The notes under the pieces: model-generated
The model's database searches: none
What the model saw: only the letters and a program-made list of their open reading frames with translations
What the model was told of the DNA's origin: nothing
Position numbers and translations under genes: made by a program
In this document: positions 9,433 to 19,335 of the stretch, piece by piece
How positions within the stretch are numbered: position 1 is the stretch's first letter
Layout of the letters: every line of letters starts with the position of its first letter
Assembly: GCA_947481575.1 (NCBI GenBank)
Contig: CANKGV010000004.1
Location: 5,487-69,486 of the forward strand
Origin: Alphaproteobacteria bacterium
GTDB taxonomy: Bacteria; Pseudomonadota; Alphaproteobacteria; UBA2966; CAIVPW01
Direction: 5' to 3'
DNA: 64,000 bases

Positions 9433-10588
9433 AGCGCGCCAGGCCAGCCTCCAAGTCGGCGATCAGGTCGCCGGCGTCTTCCAGCCCGGCCGAGATGCGC
9501 ACCAGCGCGCCGGTTTCGGTCCACTGGGTGGCCGAACGCGAATAGCCGGGCGTGAACGGCACGATCAGGCTTTCGAAACCGCCCCACGAGTAGCCCAATG
9601 CGAACAGCTTCATGTGGTCGAGCATTGCAGCCAGGGCCGCATCGGGCCCAGGCTGCAACACGAACGCGAAGAGCCCCGGCGCGCCGGTGAAGTCGCGCTG
9701 CCACAACAGGTGGCCGGGGTCGCCGGGCAGGGCGGGGTAGATCACGCGCTGCACCGAAGGGCGTGAGCGCAGCCAGTTGGCGAGCCGCAGCCCCGTCTGC
9801 TGATGCCGCGCCATGCGCGCGGACAACGTGCGCAGTCCGCGCAGCGCCAGATAGCAATCATCGGGCGACACGTAGAGCCCCAAGTTCCATGCAGTTTCCC
9901 GCAGCCGGGTGAACACCGGCTCCGCCGCGGTTACCGTACCCATCAGCAGGTCCGAATGACCGCCGATGTATTTCGTCACCGAGTGAATCGAGATATCGAC
10001 GCCGTGGGCGAGCGGCTTGAAGTACAGCGGCGTCGCCCAGGTATTGTCGATCATGGTGATGGCGCCGTGGGCGCGCACTATCTTGGCCAGCGCCGGCACG
10101 TCTTGCATCTCGAACGTCATCGAGCCTGGTGCTTCCAGGTACACGGCCTTGGTGTTCGGCTGCAGCAGCGGCCGGATATCCGCATGCGGCGCGAAGTAGG
10201 TGACCGTCACGCCGAGGTCTTTCAGCATCCCCTCGCAAAACCGCCGCACGGGGGCGTACACGGTGTCGACGATCAGCGCGTGGTCGCCAGCCTTGCAGGT
10301 TGCCAGCAGCGCGGTCGTGCAGGCGGCGAGTCCCGACGGCACCGCGAGCGTCTTGCCGCCACCGCCTTCCAGCGCCGCCATAGCATCCTGGAATGCGAAC
10401 GTCGTCGGCGTGCCCATACGTCCGTAGAACACGCCGTGGTCCGGCGTGGCCTGGCTCGCCTTCATCGCGGCCATGCTCGGATAGGTCACCGTCGACGCGT
10501 GGTACACCGGCGTGTTGACCACGCCATGGTGTCTGCGCTCGTCGCCATGTTCTCGGCCGGCGTGGGTGAGTTTGGTGTCGTCGTGCAT
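9383..10588 (-). CDS. metC: Cystathionine beta-lyase
   Basis: VNTPVYHASTV, YGR.GTPT, IDNTWATP, PLP motif SVTKYIGGHSD, GYSWGGFESL. Confidence 0.93.
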   Translation of the reverse strand: MHDDTKLTHAGREHGDERRHHGVVNTPVYHASTVTYPSMAAMKASQATPDHGVFYGRMGTPTTFAFQDAMAALEGGGGKTLAVPSGLAACTTALLATCKAGDHALIVDTVYAPVRRFCEGMLKDLGVTVTYFAPHADIRPLLQPNTKAVYLEAPGSMTFEMQDVPALAKIVRAHGAITMIDNTWATPLYFKPLAHGVDISIHSVTKYIGGHSDLLMGTVTAAEPVFTRLRETAWNLGLYVSPDDCYLALRGLRTLSARMARHQQTGLRLANWLRSRPSVQRVIYPALPGDPGHLLWQRDFTGAPGLFAFVLQPGPDAALAAMLDHMKLFALGYSWGGFESLIVPFTPGYSRSATQWTETGALVRISAGLEDAGDLIADLEAGLARFTGALAGAPATAQPRR

Positions 10589-11433
10589 CAGCGTTCGATC
10601 GGCACGTCGTCGCGCGCGCCCCATTCTGCCCAGGAGCCATCGTACACCGCGACCTGGGCAGCGCCCGCGCGCTCCAGCGCGAACGCGACCAACGCCGCCG
10701 TTACCCCGGACCCGCAGTAGCACACGATGGGCCGTTGCAGATCGATGCGGGCGGCGGCGAAGCGTTGGCGCAATTCGGAATCGGGCAGCAATGTGCGGGT
10801 GGTGGGGTCCAAGAGCGTGGGGTAGGGCAAGTTACTGCTGCGGGGGATGTGACCGGCGCGCAGGCCGGGGCGCGGTTCCGGGTCGATGCCCTTGAATCTT
10901 CCGGCACTTCGAGCATCCACCACCTGGGCGGTGCTGTTCGTCAGCATCCGTGCCAAATCGTACACGCGCTGGAGGTTCGGGTCGGCAGCGGTGAAGGTGG
11001 CGCGCGTGCTACGCGGTGCGCCGAGCTCGACCGGCAACGATTCCGACTGCCATTTGGCAAAGCCGCCATCCAACACCGCGACCTGCGCGTGGCCGAATAC
11101 GCGGAACGTCCACCACACGCGGGCGGCGGCATACATGGCGTTGCGGTCGTAGACGACAATCCGGTGGCCGGAGCCGATGCCCAATGCGCCGACCGCGCGG
11201 GCGAACGACGCGGCATCGGGCAGCATGTGGGGCAGGGGTGTGACGCGGTCGGCAATCGCGTCGAGGTCGAAGTGGACCGCGCCGGGGATGTGCAGGGCGG
11301 CGAACTCCGCCGTCGCATTGCGCTGTTCGTGGGGCAGGAACCAGGTGGCGTCGACGACGCGCAGGTCCGGTTCGGTCAGGTGCTGAGCGAGCCAGGCGGT
11401 GGAAACCAGACTGGGCGGTGGTGTGCCGCTCAC
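10588..11433 (-). CDS. sseA: 3-mercaptopyruvate/thiosulfate sulfurtransferase (tandem rhodanese)
   Basis: LVSTAWL, HIPGAV.FD, active loop CGSGVTA, YDGSWAEW; GTG start overlaps the upstream stop. Confidence 0.93.
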   Translation of the reverse strand: MSGTPPPSLVSTAWLAQHLTEPDLRVVDATWFLPHEQRNATAEFAALHIPGAVHFDLDAIADRVTPLPHMLPDAASFARAVGALGIGSGHRIVVYDRNAMYAAARVWWTFRVFGHAQVAVLDGGFAKWQSESLPVELGAPRSTRATFTAADPNLQRVYDLARMLTNSTAQVVDARSAGRFKGIDPEPRPGLRAGHIPRSSNLPYPTLLDPTTRTLLPDSELRQRFAAARIDLQRPIVCYCGSGVTAALVAFALERAGAAQVAVYDGSWAEWGARDDVPIER

Positions 11434-11681
11434 ACCAGTCCGATGACAATGCGGTAGAACTGCAGCAGGACGATCAGCGGCCACAGCGTACCGTACAGCA
11501 GGGCCTGCCACAGGGCGAAGCCGAGGAACGGCTGTACGCCCGCGTTCCACCCCCAGATGAGGGCCGGGATCAGGTAGGCGAAGTACCCCACCGCGTAAAT
11601 GCCGAGGGACAGCTTGGGCAGCGTGAGCCCAAGGATCATGGTCGGCGGGAGTTGGGGTTCGGTGGCGTTGTTGTTGCTCAT
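11430..11681 (-). CDS. Small membrane protein inside the cysK-sseA-metC operon
   Basis: 83 aa, hydrophobic and aromatic-rich; GTGA overlap with the sseA start. Confidence 0.65.
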   Translation of the reverse strand: MSNNNATEPQLPPTMILGLTLPKLSLGIYAVGYFAYLIPALIWGWNAGVQPFLGFALWQALLYGTLWPLIVLLQFYRIVIGLV

Positions 11682-11691
11682 GGGGCCGGGC

Positions 11692-12693
11692 TTACGCCAT
11701 CCACGGCGGCAGGGGCAAGTCCTTCGACCGCAGGTAGGCGGGGTTGAACAGGCGGCTTTGGTAACGCGCGCCGTTGTCGCACAGCAGCGTGACGATGGTG
11801 TGCCCCGGCCCGAGCAGGGTGGCGATGCGCTTGGCGCCGGCCAGATTGATGGCGGTGGAGCCGCCGCAGCACCAGCCTTCGTTGATCATCAGGTCGTACA
11901 CCAGCGGCAAGGCTTCGGCGTCGGCGATCTGGAACGCCTCATCGACGGGGGTGCCGACCAGATTGGCCGTAATGCGGCCCTGGCCGATGCCTTCGGTGAT
12001 CGAGCTGCCTTCGGACTTGAGCGCCCCGTACTTGTAGTAGTGGTACAGCGACGCACCCATGGGATCGGCCAGCGCCACCACCACATCGGGGTTGCGTTCC
12101 TTCAAGTACAGCGCCACGCCGGCCAAGGTGCCGCCGGTGCCGACGGCGCACACGAACGCATCGAGCTTGCCGCTGGTCTGGTGCCAGATTTCGGGCCCGG
12201 TGGTTTCAAAGTGCGCACGGCGGTTGGCGACGTTGTCGAACTGGTTGGCCCAGAACGCGCCATTGGGCAGGGTGCGGTTCAACTCTTCGGCCAAGCGGCC
12301 CGAGTACTTCACGTAATGATTCGGGTCGGAATAGGGGACGGCCGGCACCTCGCGCAGCTCCGCGCCGAGAAGGCGGATGTAGTCCTTCTTCTCCTGGCTC
12401 TGGGTTTCCGGGATCACGATCACGCACTTGTAGCCAAGGGCGTTGGCAACATGGGCCAGGCCGATGCCGGTGTTTCCGGCGGTGCCTTCCACGATGGTGC
12501 CGCCGGGGCGCAACAGCCCGCGCTTCTCGGCGTCGCGGATGATGTAGAGCGCGGCGCGGTCCTTAACCGACCCGCCCGGATTCAGGAATTCGGCCTTGGC
12601 CAGGACGGTGCAGCCGGTGGCCTCGGAGAGGCCTCGCAAACGCACGAGCGGCGTGTTGCCGATCGCATCGGTGAAGTTTGCCCGGAACTCCAT
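11692..12693 (-). CDS. cysK: Cysteine synthase (O-acetylserine sulfhydrylase family)
   Basis: IGNTPL, KAEFLNPGGSVKDRAA, EGTAGNTGIG, GTGGT, TEGIG. Confidence 0.9.
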   Translation of the reverse strand: MEFRANFTDAIGNTPLVRLRGLSEATGCTVLAKAEFLNPGGSVKDRAALYIIRDAEKRGLLRPGGTIVEGTAGNTGIGLAHVANALGYKCVIVIPETQSQEKKDYIRLLGAELREVPAVPYSDPNHYVKYSGRLAEELNRTLPNGAFWANQFDNVANRRAHFETTGPEIWHQTSGKLDAFVCAVGTGGTLAGVALYLKERNPDVVVALADPMGASLYHYYKYGALKSEGSSITEGIGQGRITANLVGTPVDEAFQIADAEALPLVYDLMINEGWCCGGSTAINLAGAKRIATLLGPGHTIVTLLCDNGARYQSRLFNPAYLRSKDLPLPPWMA

Positions 12694-12963
12694 ACGGTGC
12701 GGAAACGCCTGCGACGGCGGCTGAGCGCCACCAGGGGGAGAAACTGTAGCGGGGGCTGCGGGGGCGTTCAAGGAATGGTGAAGATTGGCCGGCCGTCTGT
12801 CCCGCTCAAGCCCACGTTCCCGCGGAAACCCTGCTGAATCCGCCCCGCTGTTCTCACGTGGCCGAGATCGCGGGGGTCGGAGTGAGGAGGACTAGGGCCC
12901 GCCCAGTCGGGCGCCGAGCCATGGGATCAGCGGGGTTCATTGGGGTATGGTCAAGCGGCCTTC

Positions 12964-15147
12964 CTATCGTGCGCTCCCCAGCATCGTCTCGAGCACCCTC
13001 GCCAACTCTTTGTAGGGGTACGGCTTGGCGAGCAGCATCATGCTTTCGAACGGTATGTTCTGGTCGGCGGATGCATGCCCGGCGAAGCCCGACGTCAGGA
13101 GCACCTTGATGGCCGGCCGACGTTGTAGCGCCAGAATCCCCAGTTCCCGCCCATCGATACCGCCGGGCATGACGATATCCGTGAACAGGAGGTCCACGAC
13201 TGTGTCTTGCTGGTCCAGAATTGACAGCGCGTCAGCAGCACTGGCCGCCTCAATGGCGACGTAACCAAGCGATGCAAGCTGGGCAAGCACCGTACGCCGC
13301 ACCAGGTCGTTGTCTTCGACGACGAGGATGCTGCGGGATGGCGCGCCCGATAGCGTCACCGCAACCAACGACATGGCGGCCACGTCATCCGTTTCGGCCG
13401 CGCGAGGCAGATAGATATCGACGGTCGTACCTCGGCCGACCTCACTGCGAAGCGATACAGTGCCGCCGGACTGCTTCACGAAACCGAACACCATGCTAAG
13501 ACCAAGCCCGGTTCCGTGCCCGACCGGCTTGGTCGAGAAGAACGGCTCGAACGCGCGGCCCAGGACCTCGGGTGGCATCCCGACGCCGCTATCGGTGACT
13601 GAGATCACCACGTAGTCGCCCGGCTCCAACCCTAGCGCCCCGCCGGCTTGCATGGGGTCGAGCGAGACGTTGCTGGTGGAGATTGTGAGATCTCCCCCGC
13701 GGCGCATGGCATCGCGGGCATTGGTGGCCAGGTTGACGATGGCGCTGTCCAATTGCGCAGGGTCGACCCGTACACGCCACAAGTCGGGCTGGTACACCTG
13801 CCGCACGGCGATCAGTTCTCCGAGAGTACCCTTCAGCAGGCCCGCGATCCCGGCAACCCGCCGATTGATGTCGGTGTGCTGGGGATCAAGTGGCTGACGG
13901 CGCGAGAATGCGAGGAGGCTGCGCGTCAGGTCCCCGGCGCGCGTCGCACCGGCCAGCGCAGAGTCGATAAGGCTGTTCCCCTCGGCGTCGATGCCCTTGC
14001 GTCCTCGCAGCATTTCGAGGTTGCCGATCATGACGCCCAGATAGTTGTTGAAATCGTGGGCCATTCCACCGGTGAGATGACCGATGGATTCCATCTTCTG
14101 GGCTTCGTAGAGGCGCCGCTCGCTTTCGCGCAATTCGGCGGTGCGCTCGTCGACCAGCCTCGCCAGCGCATAGCTGAACTCGGTCTCGCTCCGGCGCGCG
14201 CGACGAATGCGCATGGCGATGTATGAGGCAATGCCGACCCCGATGCCGCCGGCCAGCAGTCCGCCCACCACGACCGGGCCGATCGCGGCCGCGACCGCAT
14301 CGTCGAGTTCCGAGGTCGGCAGACCGGCAACGCTGATCCATCCGGTTTCCTCGGACCGAAAGAACACCGAATACGTGGATTGCCCTTCCTGGTTGACGCT
14401 CCGGAAGATTCCTTGTGTGCCGGCTTTCAAGGCCTGCTCCAGCTGCGGTGTAACCCGCTTGCCGACGTATTGCTCGGGCGAGCGGTTGCGGGCGGCAATT
14501 ACGAGGTTTGGGTCGACGATCGCGCCCGTGCGCGTGGGCGGAAATTTGCTCGACCGATAGACGTCCGACAAATAGGCGGGGGACAGCGTAACGCTCACGG
14601 TCTGGGTCACTTGCCCGTCACGGAAGATCGGCGCCCGGACAGGAATGATCGGCTCGGGCACCGTGGGCCCGGTCGACCGAACCCCGAAGATGGTCGTCTT
14701 GCCTGATTCGGCGACGATGCGGCTTTGTTCCATTGCCACCGCACCGGCGGGGCCAGTCGTTCCGGGTGGCAACGATGTGTGCACGAGGTAGGTGGCGGCA
14801 GGCAAGTCCGTGACGAGGATCGCAGTGATCTGTGGCTGCGTCGACAGGATGGCCCGGGCGCTGGTGTCGAACTCGGACCACTCGGCGTCTGCGATCGGCT
14901 GGGATACAGCGAATGCGGCCGCCGTACGTTGCGCCGCAATCAGCTCCACATCGACCGCCGCGGAAATGGTCTGGACTACGGCGCGGAGCTCGGATTCCTT
15001 AGCCTGCCGGATCTCGCGGTAGAGCAAACCGGTAATCACGAGGGCGCCGAGCGCCACGGGGAGCGTTGCCGCGACGACCAACGTCAACGACGACGACGCG
15101 ATGCGCGACCAAAGTCGGCTCGGTTCGGAGGGGAGCGAGGTGGTCAT
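12964..15147 (-). CDS. Membrane hybrid histidine kinase (TM-Cache-like-TM-HisKA-HATPase-REC)
   Basis: Two TM segments; LTGGMAHDFNN H-box, NLATNARDAM, GTGLGLS, C-terminal receiver (LVVEDN, DLLFTDIVMPG, KP). Confidence 0.9.
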   Translation of the reverse strand: MTTSLPSEPSRLWSRIASSSLTLVVAATLPVALGALVITGLLYREIRQAKESELRAVVQTISAAVDVELIAAQRTAAAFAVSQPIADAEWSEFDTSARAILSTQPQITAILVTDLPAATYLVHTSLPPGTTGPAGAVAMEQSRIVAESGKTTIFGVRSTGPTVPEPIIPVRAPIFRDGQVTQTVSVTLSPAYLSDVYRSSKFPPTRTGAIVDPNLVIAARNRSPEQYVGKRVTPQLEQALKAGTQGIFRSVNQEGQSTYSVFFRSEETGWISVAGLPTSELDDAVAAAIGPVVVGGLLAGGIGVGIASYIAMRIRRARRSETEFSYALARLVDERTAELRESERRLYEAQKMESIGHLTGGMAHDFNNYLGVMIGNLEMLRGRKGIDAEGNSLIDSALAGATRAGDLTRSLLAFSRRQPLDPQHTDINRRVAGIAGLLKGTLGELIAVRQVYQPDLWRVRVDPAQLDSAIVNLATNARDAMRRGGDLTISTSNVSLDPMQAGGALGLEPGDYVVISVTDSGVGMPPEVLGRAFEPFFSTKPVGHGTGLGLSMVFGFVKQSGGTVSLRSEVGRGTTVDIYLPRAAETDDVAAMSLVAVTLSGAPSRSILVVEDNDLVRRTVLAQLASLGYVAIEAASAADALSILDQQDTVVDLLFTDIVMPGGIDGRELGILALQRRPAIKVLLTSGFAGHASADQNIPFESMMLLAKPYPYKELARVLETMLGSAR

Positions 15148-15200
15148 GGGCCTTGGAGTTACTCTTGACGCTGCTTGACCGGCCGGCGGCGGCCGGGTCA

Positions 15201-18200
15201 CTAGGCCAAGGCAGTTGCGGGCTTTGCCGCGAGCTCCAACGCATCTTTGATTGCCCGCGCCAACTCCGACCGCCGGTAGGGCTTGGCGAGCAGCTGCCAA
15301 GGCCGCGGTAGCGTTCCGTAGGGTCCCACCGGCGCCGAGCCGGGGAATCCAGACGCCAGCAGAATCGGGATTCCCGGCCATCGTTTGGCGGCCGCCTCCG
15401 CCAGGGCCTGGCCGTCGAGTGTGCCGGGCATCACGACATCGCTGAACAGGAGGTCGATCTGCCGTTCCCAGCCCTCCAACAACTCCCACGCGACGTCGGC
15501 ATTCTCCGCCGCGAGAACGTGGTAGCCCATTTCCGTGAGTTCGCGGACCGCGACGCGGCGCAGTTCGGGGTTGTCCTCGACCACCAGGATGGTTTGGGAC
15601 TTGCCCCGGGGCAGTTCGGCCTCGACCGTTGCTGCCGCCTTCACGGCGTAGCCGGCGGGTGGCAGGTAGAGGCGCACGGTCGTGCCCCGCCCGGGTTCGC
15701 TGGACAGTGTTACGTGCCCCCCCGACTGCAGCACAAATCCGTACAAGGTGCTCAGCCCCAGGCCGGTCCCGTGCCCCGGCGCCTTGGTGGTGAAGAACGG
15801 TTCGAACGCGCGCGCCACTTGGTCGGGCGTCATTCCGATGCCGGTATCCGACACTTCGACCACCACGTATGAGCCAGGGGGAATCCCGGCAATCTGGTCG
15901 TCCTGTAGGACGACCAGATTGCGCGTCGCGAGCGTCACAGTGCCGCCGTCCGGCATCGCGTCCCGGGCATTGGTCGCGAGGTTGACTAGAGAGGTGTCGA
16001 ACTGGGACGGATCGATCCTAATCGGCCAGACATCTTCGGCGGTTCTGACCACGACCTGGATCCGTTCTCCCAGGAGCCGGCTCATCAGCTTGGCCATATC
16101 GGCGATCCGCACATTGACATCGACAGCCTGCGGGTCGATCGGCTGCTGGCGCGAAAACGCCAGCAAGCTGCGGGTCAGTTCCGCGGCGCGCGCGGCACCG
16201 CGCAGGGCGTCGTCTGCCAGTTCGGCGGCATCCGGCGCCAGCGATTTGCGGTCCTTCAGCAACTCGATATTTCCCATGATTACGCCTAGATAATTGTTGA
16301 AGTCGTGGGCCATGCCGCCGGTGAGCCGGCCGATCGCGTCCATCTTCATCGCCTGGGCCAGTTGCCCTTCCAGCGCCTTGCGGGCCGTGACATCGCGCAC
16401 CGCCGCGGCGATCACGGGGCGGTCCTCGAATTGGACCGGCGCCAGCTCGATTTCGGCGGGGAACTGCGTGCCGTCCTTGCGCAACCCCTGCAGGCCAACG
16501 CGGCCCGGCCCCATCTGGCGCCGTGCGGGGTCGCGGGCGAAGCCCTGCCGGAGGCGTTCATGGTTGGCACGCCCATTCAGCGGCACCAGCAATTCGACCG
16601 GCTGGCCAACAAGCTCCCCGGCCGTCCACCCAAAGATCTGTTCGATGCGACGGTTCGCCATAGCGATACGGCCATCGCCGTCCACGATCAGCAGCCCTTC
16701 GGGCGAGAACTCCCACAGGTCCTGGTATTGCCGCCGGCTGCGTTCGCGGACGATCGAATCCGCGGCCCCGGCGGCGAACAATCGGAGAATGGTGACCAGG
16801 GACTCGGCATCCTGGATCGGCCGCCGGTTCAGGACGCCCAAGGTGCCCAGCATCCGTCCCGAGGAATCGAGCAAGGGAACCGCCGCGTATGCCTCGAAGC
16901 CGTTGTCCGCCAGGAATCGGTCCGTGGGATACAATTTGGCTACGTCGTGGGTGACGATCACCGCCCGTTCCGGGGTCACGTCGCCGCAGGGAGTGCCTGC
17001 TGCGGCGTAGTCGACGGTGCCGGTCAACGCGCCATCCACGACCATCGCCAGCGCCTGCAATTGTCCCGCGTGCGCTGGGTCGAACCGCGACACGAACGCC
17101 GCGTCCATGGCCAGCATGTCAGCCGCACGGAGCGCCACCGCATCGAGGTACCGCTGGCCGTCCAGTCCGACGAGGCCGGTCGCCATGAAGTGCATCGTCT
17201 CTTCGATGCGGTTGCGCTCGGTGATGTCGGTCAAGCTGCCCACGAAGCCGGCGAGGGCACCGTCCGCGCTGGCGACCTCCACCACCTGCGCCAGTATCCA
17301 GCGCGTGGATCCATCGGCGCCAAGAATCCGGAACTCGGTCGCTAAGGGCCGGTAGGCCGCCGCCTCTAGCAGTTCCCGCACCACCCGGTCACGGTCTTCC
17401 GGATGCAGGAACCGCGTCCACCCCCGCCCCAGCAGTTCCGCCACCGGAACGCCGGCCATGTCGCCGAGGCGGCCATTTCCGTATTCCCAATTCCCGTTCG
17501 TATCGGCGCGGAAAATACCGACCGGGGATGACCGGGCGAGCGAGGCAAACAACTGTTCGCTGGCCGCCAAGTCTTCCAGCGCGGCGCGGGCGTGTGTGAT
17601 GTCCTCATGGGCCAAGACCACCTTGCTGCGGCTATCGCTGCCAGCAAGGCGCGTGGCGCGGCACTGGAACCAAGTGAACGGCCGGCCCGGGCACTCGCTG
17701 CGGTATTCATGGGCGAACTCGACGCCGTCGCCGGACAGCATGCTAGCGACGCCGCGGGCGACCTCGGCGGCGTCCTCGTTGCCGGCGGTTGCCGCAACGT
17801 GGCACGCAGATAGGTAGTTCTCCGCGACCGCAACACGGTGCCACGGATCGCCGCAGATGGCCGCGAACCGCCGCCACGCGGCGTTGGTTGCCACTACGGC
17901 GCCGTTCCGGTCGAGCACCATGATCCGTGCGTCCAGCGCATCGATGACGTCGAGCGCGAACCGCTCGCTGTCCGCCAACGCTTTATTGATCTCGCGCAGG
18001 CGCAGTTCCAACCGGTGGTTGCTCAGCGCCGATTGAATCGTCGCATGCAACTCGCGTTCTTCGAACGGCTTGACCAGGTAACCGAACGGCGACGCGTCCG
18101 TTGCGCGCTGAATGACGGAGTCGTCGGAATAGGCGGTCAGGAACACCACCGGGACATCGATCAACTCGCGCAACCGCTTCGCGGCTTCGGTCCCGTCCAT

Positions 18201-18386
18201 GGGTCCGTCAAGATTGACGTCCATCAGGACGAGGTCCGGCTTCTCCGCGGGAATCTTGGCAATTGCCGCCGGGGCGCTCGCCGCGCGTCCGCACACCGAA
18301 TAGCCGAGTGCCGTCAGACGGGCCGAGATCTCCATGACGATCAGGGCTTCGTCTTCGACGACAAAGATGCGCGCGCGACCGGTCAT
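15201..18386 (-). CDS. Soluble hybrid histidine kinase (REC-PAS-PAS-GAF-PAS-HisKA-HATPase-REC)
   Basis: N-terminal receiver (VVEDE, DLVLMD, KPF); PAS/PAC motifs (HPEDR, DITER, RKDG.FP.E); GAF (GTPC..V, Y.AVPL); H-box AHDFNN; C-terminal receiver. Confidence 0.92.
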   Translation of the reverse strand: MTGRARIFVVEDEALIVMEISARLTALGYSVCGRAASAPAAIAKIPAEKPDLVLMDVNLDGPMDGTEAAKRLRELIDVPVVFLTAYSDDSVIQRATDASPFGYLVKPFEERELHATIQSALSNHRLELRLREINKALADSERFALDVIDALDARIMVLDRNGAVVATNAAWRRFAAICGDPWHRVAVAENYLSACHVAATAGNEDAAEVARGVASMLSGDGVEFAHEYRSECPGRPFTWFQCRATRLAGSDSRSKVVLAHEDITHARAALEDLAASEQLFASLARSSPVGIFRADTNGNWEYGNGRLGDMAGVPVAELLGRGWTRFLHPEDRDRVVRELLEAAAYRPLATEFRILGADGSTRWILAQVVEVASADGALAGFVGSLTDITERNRIEETMHFMATGLVGLDGQRYLDAVALRAADMLAMDAAFVSRFDPAHAGQLQALAMVVDGALTGTVDYAAAGTPCGDVTPERAVIVTHDVAKLYPTDRFLADNGFEAYAAVPLLDSSGRMLGTLGVLNRRPIQDAESLVTILRLFAAGAADSIVRERSRRQYQDLWEFSPEGLLIVDGDGRIAMANRRIEQIFGWTAGELVGQPVELLVPLNGRANHERLRQGFARDPARRQMGPGRVGLQGLRKDGTQFPAEIELAPVQFEDRPVIAAAVRDVTARKALEGQLAQAMKMDAIGRLTGGMAHDFNNYLGVIMGNIELLKDRKSLAPDAAELADDALRGAARAAELTRSLLAFSRQQPIDPQAVDVNVRIADMAKLMSRLLGERIQVVVRTAEDVWPIRIDPSQFDTSLVNLATNARDAMPDGGTVTLATRNLVVLQDDQIAGIPPGSYVVVEVSDTGIGMTPDQVARAFEPFFTTKAPGHGTGLGLSTLYGFVLQSGGHVTLSSEPGRGTTVRLYLPPAGYAVKAAATVEAELPRGKSQTILVVEDNPELRRVAVRELTEMGYHVLAAENADVAWELLEGWERQIDLLFSDVVMPGTLDGQALAEAAAKRWPGIPILLASGFPGSAPVGPYGTLPRPWQLLAKPYRRSELARAIKDALELAAKPATALA

Positions 18387-18919
18387 GGCATGGACCCCTG
18401 TGCTTGTGGGATGGTGAGTGTGACCCTGGTTCCCGGCCCACTCACGTGGACGGAGCCGCCGATCTGCGCGGCCAGATTGACGATCAATTGCCAGCCGAAG
18501 GAGTCCGTGTCTTGGGGATCAAAGCCTTCCGGCATGCCGGGGCCGTCGTCTGAGACGGAAATCGAGATGGTGTCGCCGTCGCGCGCGAAGCCGATCGCAA
18601 CCGTACCGGTACGGTCGCCGAGAAATGCGTGTTTGAACGCGTTGGTGAGCAGTTCGGCAACAATCATGCCGCAGGGAAGCGCGGTCTGGATGGGCAGGTA
18701 GATCTCCCCTTCGCCGATGAGCAGGGCGATCCGCGCACCATCCGACTTGGACAAGCCCGTCTGGTCCGCGGCCAGCGCACTGACGTATTCGGCAAGTGAA
18801 TAGCTCTGCTTGCGAAACCGAGGAATGATTGTCCGGACGGGACAGCACCCCTCTATGCAAGGGAACCGGACGGCGCCAGGCCGGTCCGAATCGACACTTT
18901 CGTCAGGCTTCTGTTGCAT
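18383..18919 (-). CDS. Stand-alone HisKA_2/PdtaS-type HATPase lacking the H-box (truncated kinase or pseudogene)
   Basis: ALPCGMIVAELLTNAFKHAF, VSDDGPG.P, SFGWQLI..L..QIGG, GTRV; no HRVKNNLQ motif upstream; ATGA overlap with the next kinase; start uncertain. Confidence 0.65.
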   Translation of the reverse strand: MQQKPDESVDSDRPGAVRFPCIEGCCPVRTIIPRFRKQSYSLAEYVSALAADQTGLSKSDGARIALLIGEGEIYLPIQTALPCGMIVAELLTNAFKHAFLGDRTGTVAIGFARDGDTISISVSDDGPGMPEGFDPQDTDSFGWQLIVNLAAQIGGSVHVSGPGTRVTLTIPQAQGSMP

Positions 18920-18986
18920 TTCCTCGCTGCCGGTAGCACAACCTGTAGTGCTCAACCGAGCGATCGACACCACATAGGGAAACCTG

Positions 18987-19256
18987 ATGACGAAACCACT
19001 GCTTGCCGACGTCGTCCGCAGCGCCACGGGTTGCACCGTCGCACAGTCGAAGGATGCCGTTGATGGAATCATCGAACTGATCGGAAAGGCCCTCAAGAAG
19101 GAGGGCACGTTCGGCGTGATCGGCTTCGGCACCTTCAACGTGTCCAAGCGCGCCGCACGCGCCGGCCGCAATCCGCTCACGGGCGAGAAGATCAAGATCA
19201 AGGCCTCGAAGTCCGTCCGCTTCAAGGCCTCCAAGACGCTCAAGGAGCGTCTCTAG
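18987..19256 (+). CDS. HU family DNA-binding protein
   Basis: GFGTF.V.KRAARAGRNP.TGE.I.I.AS...FKAS..LK. Confidence 0.95.
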   Translation: MTKPLLADVVRSATGCTVAQSKDAVDGIIELIGKALKKEGTFGVIGFGTFNVSKRAARAGRNPLTGEKIKIKASKSVRFKASKTLKERL

Positions 19257-19335
19257 GCTTCGGTCAGCCCTTCCCTGCGGACGTCCGCGGCAGCGCCACG
19301 CGCGCTGCGCGACCGTCCGCAGGGAGACGCTGGGG

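Noticed and set aside
18383..19243. 286-aa ORF taken as a single protein
   Set aside because: Its first ~85 codons are simply the antisense of the HU gene
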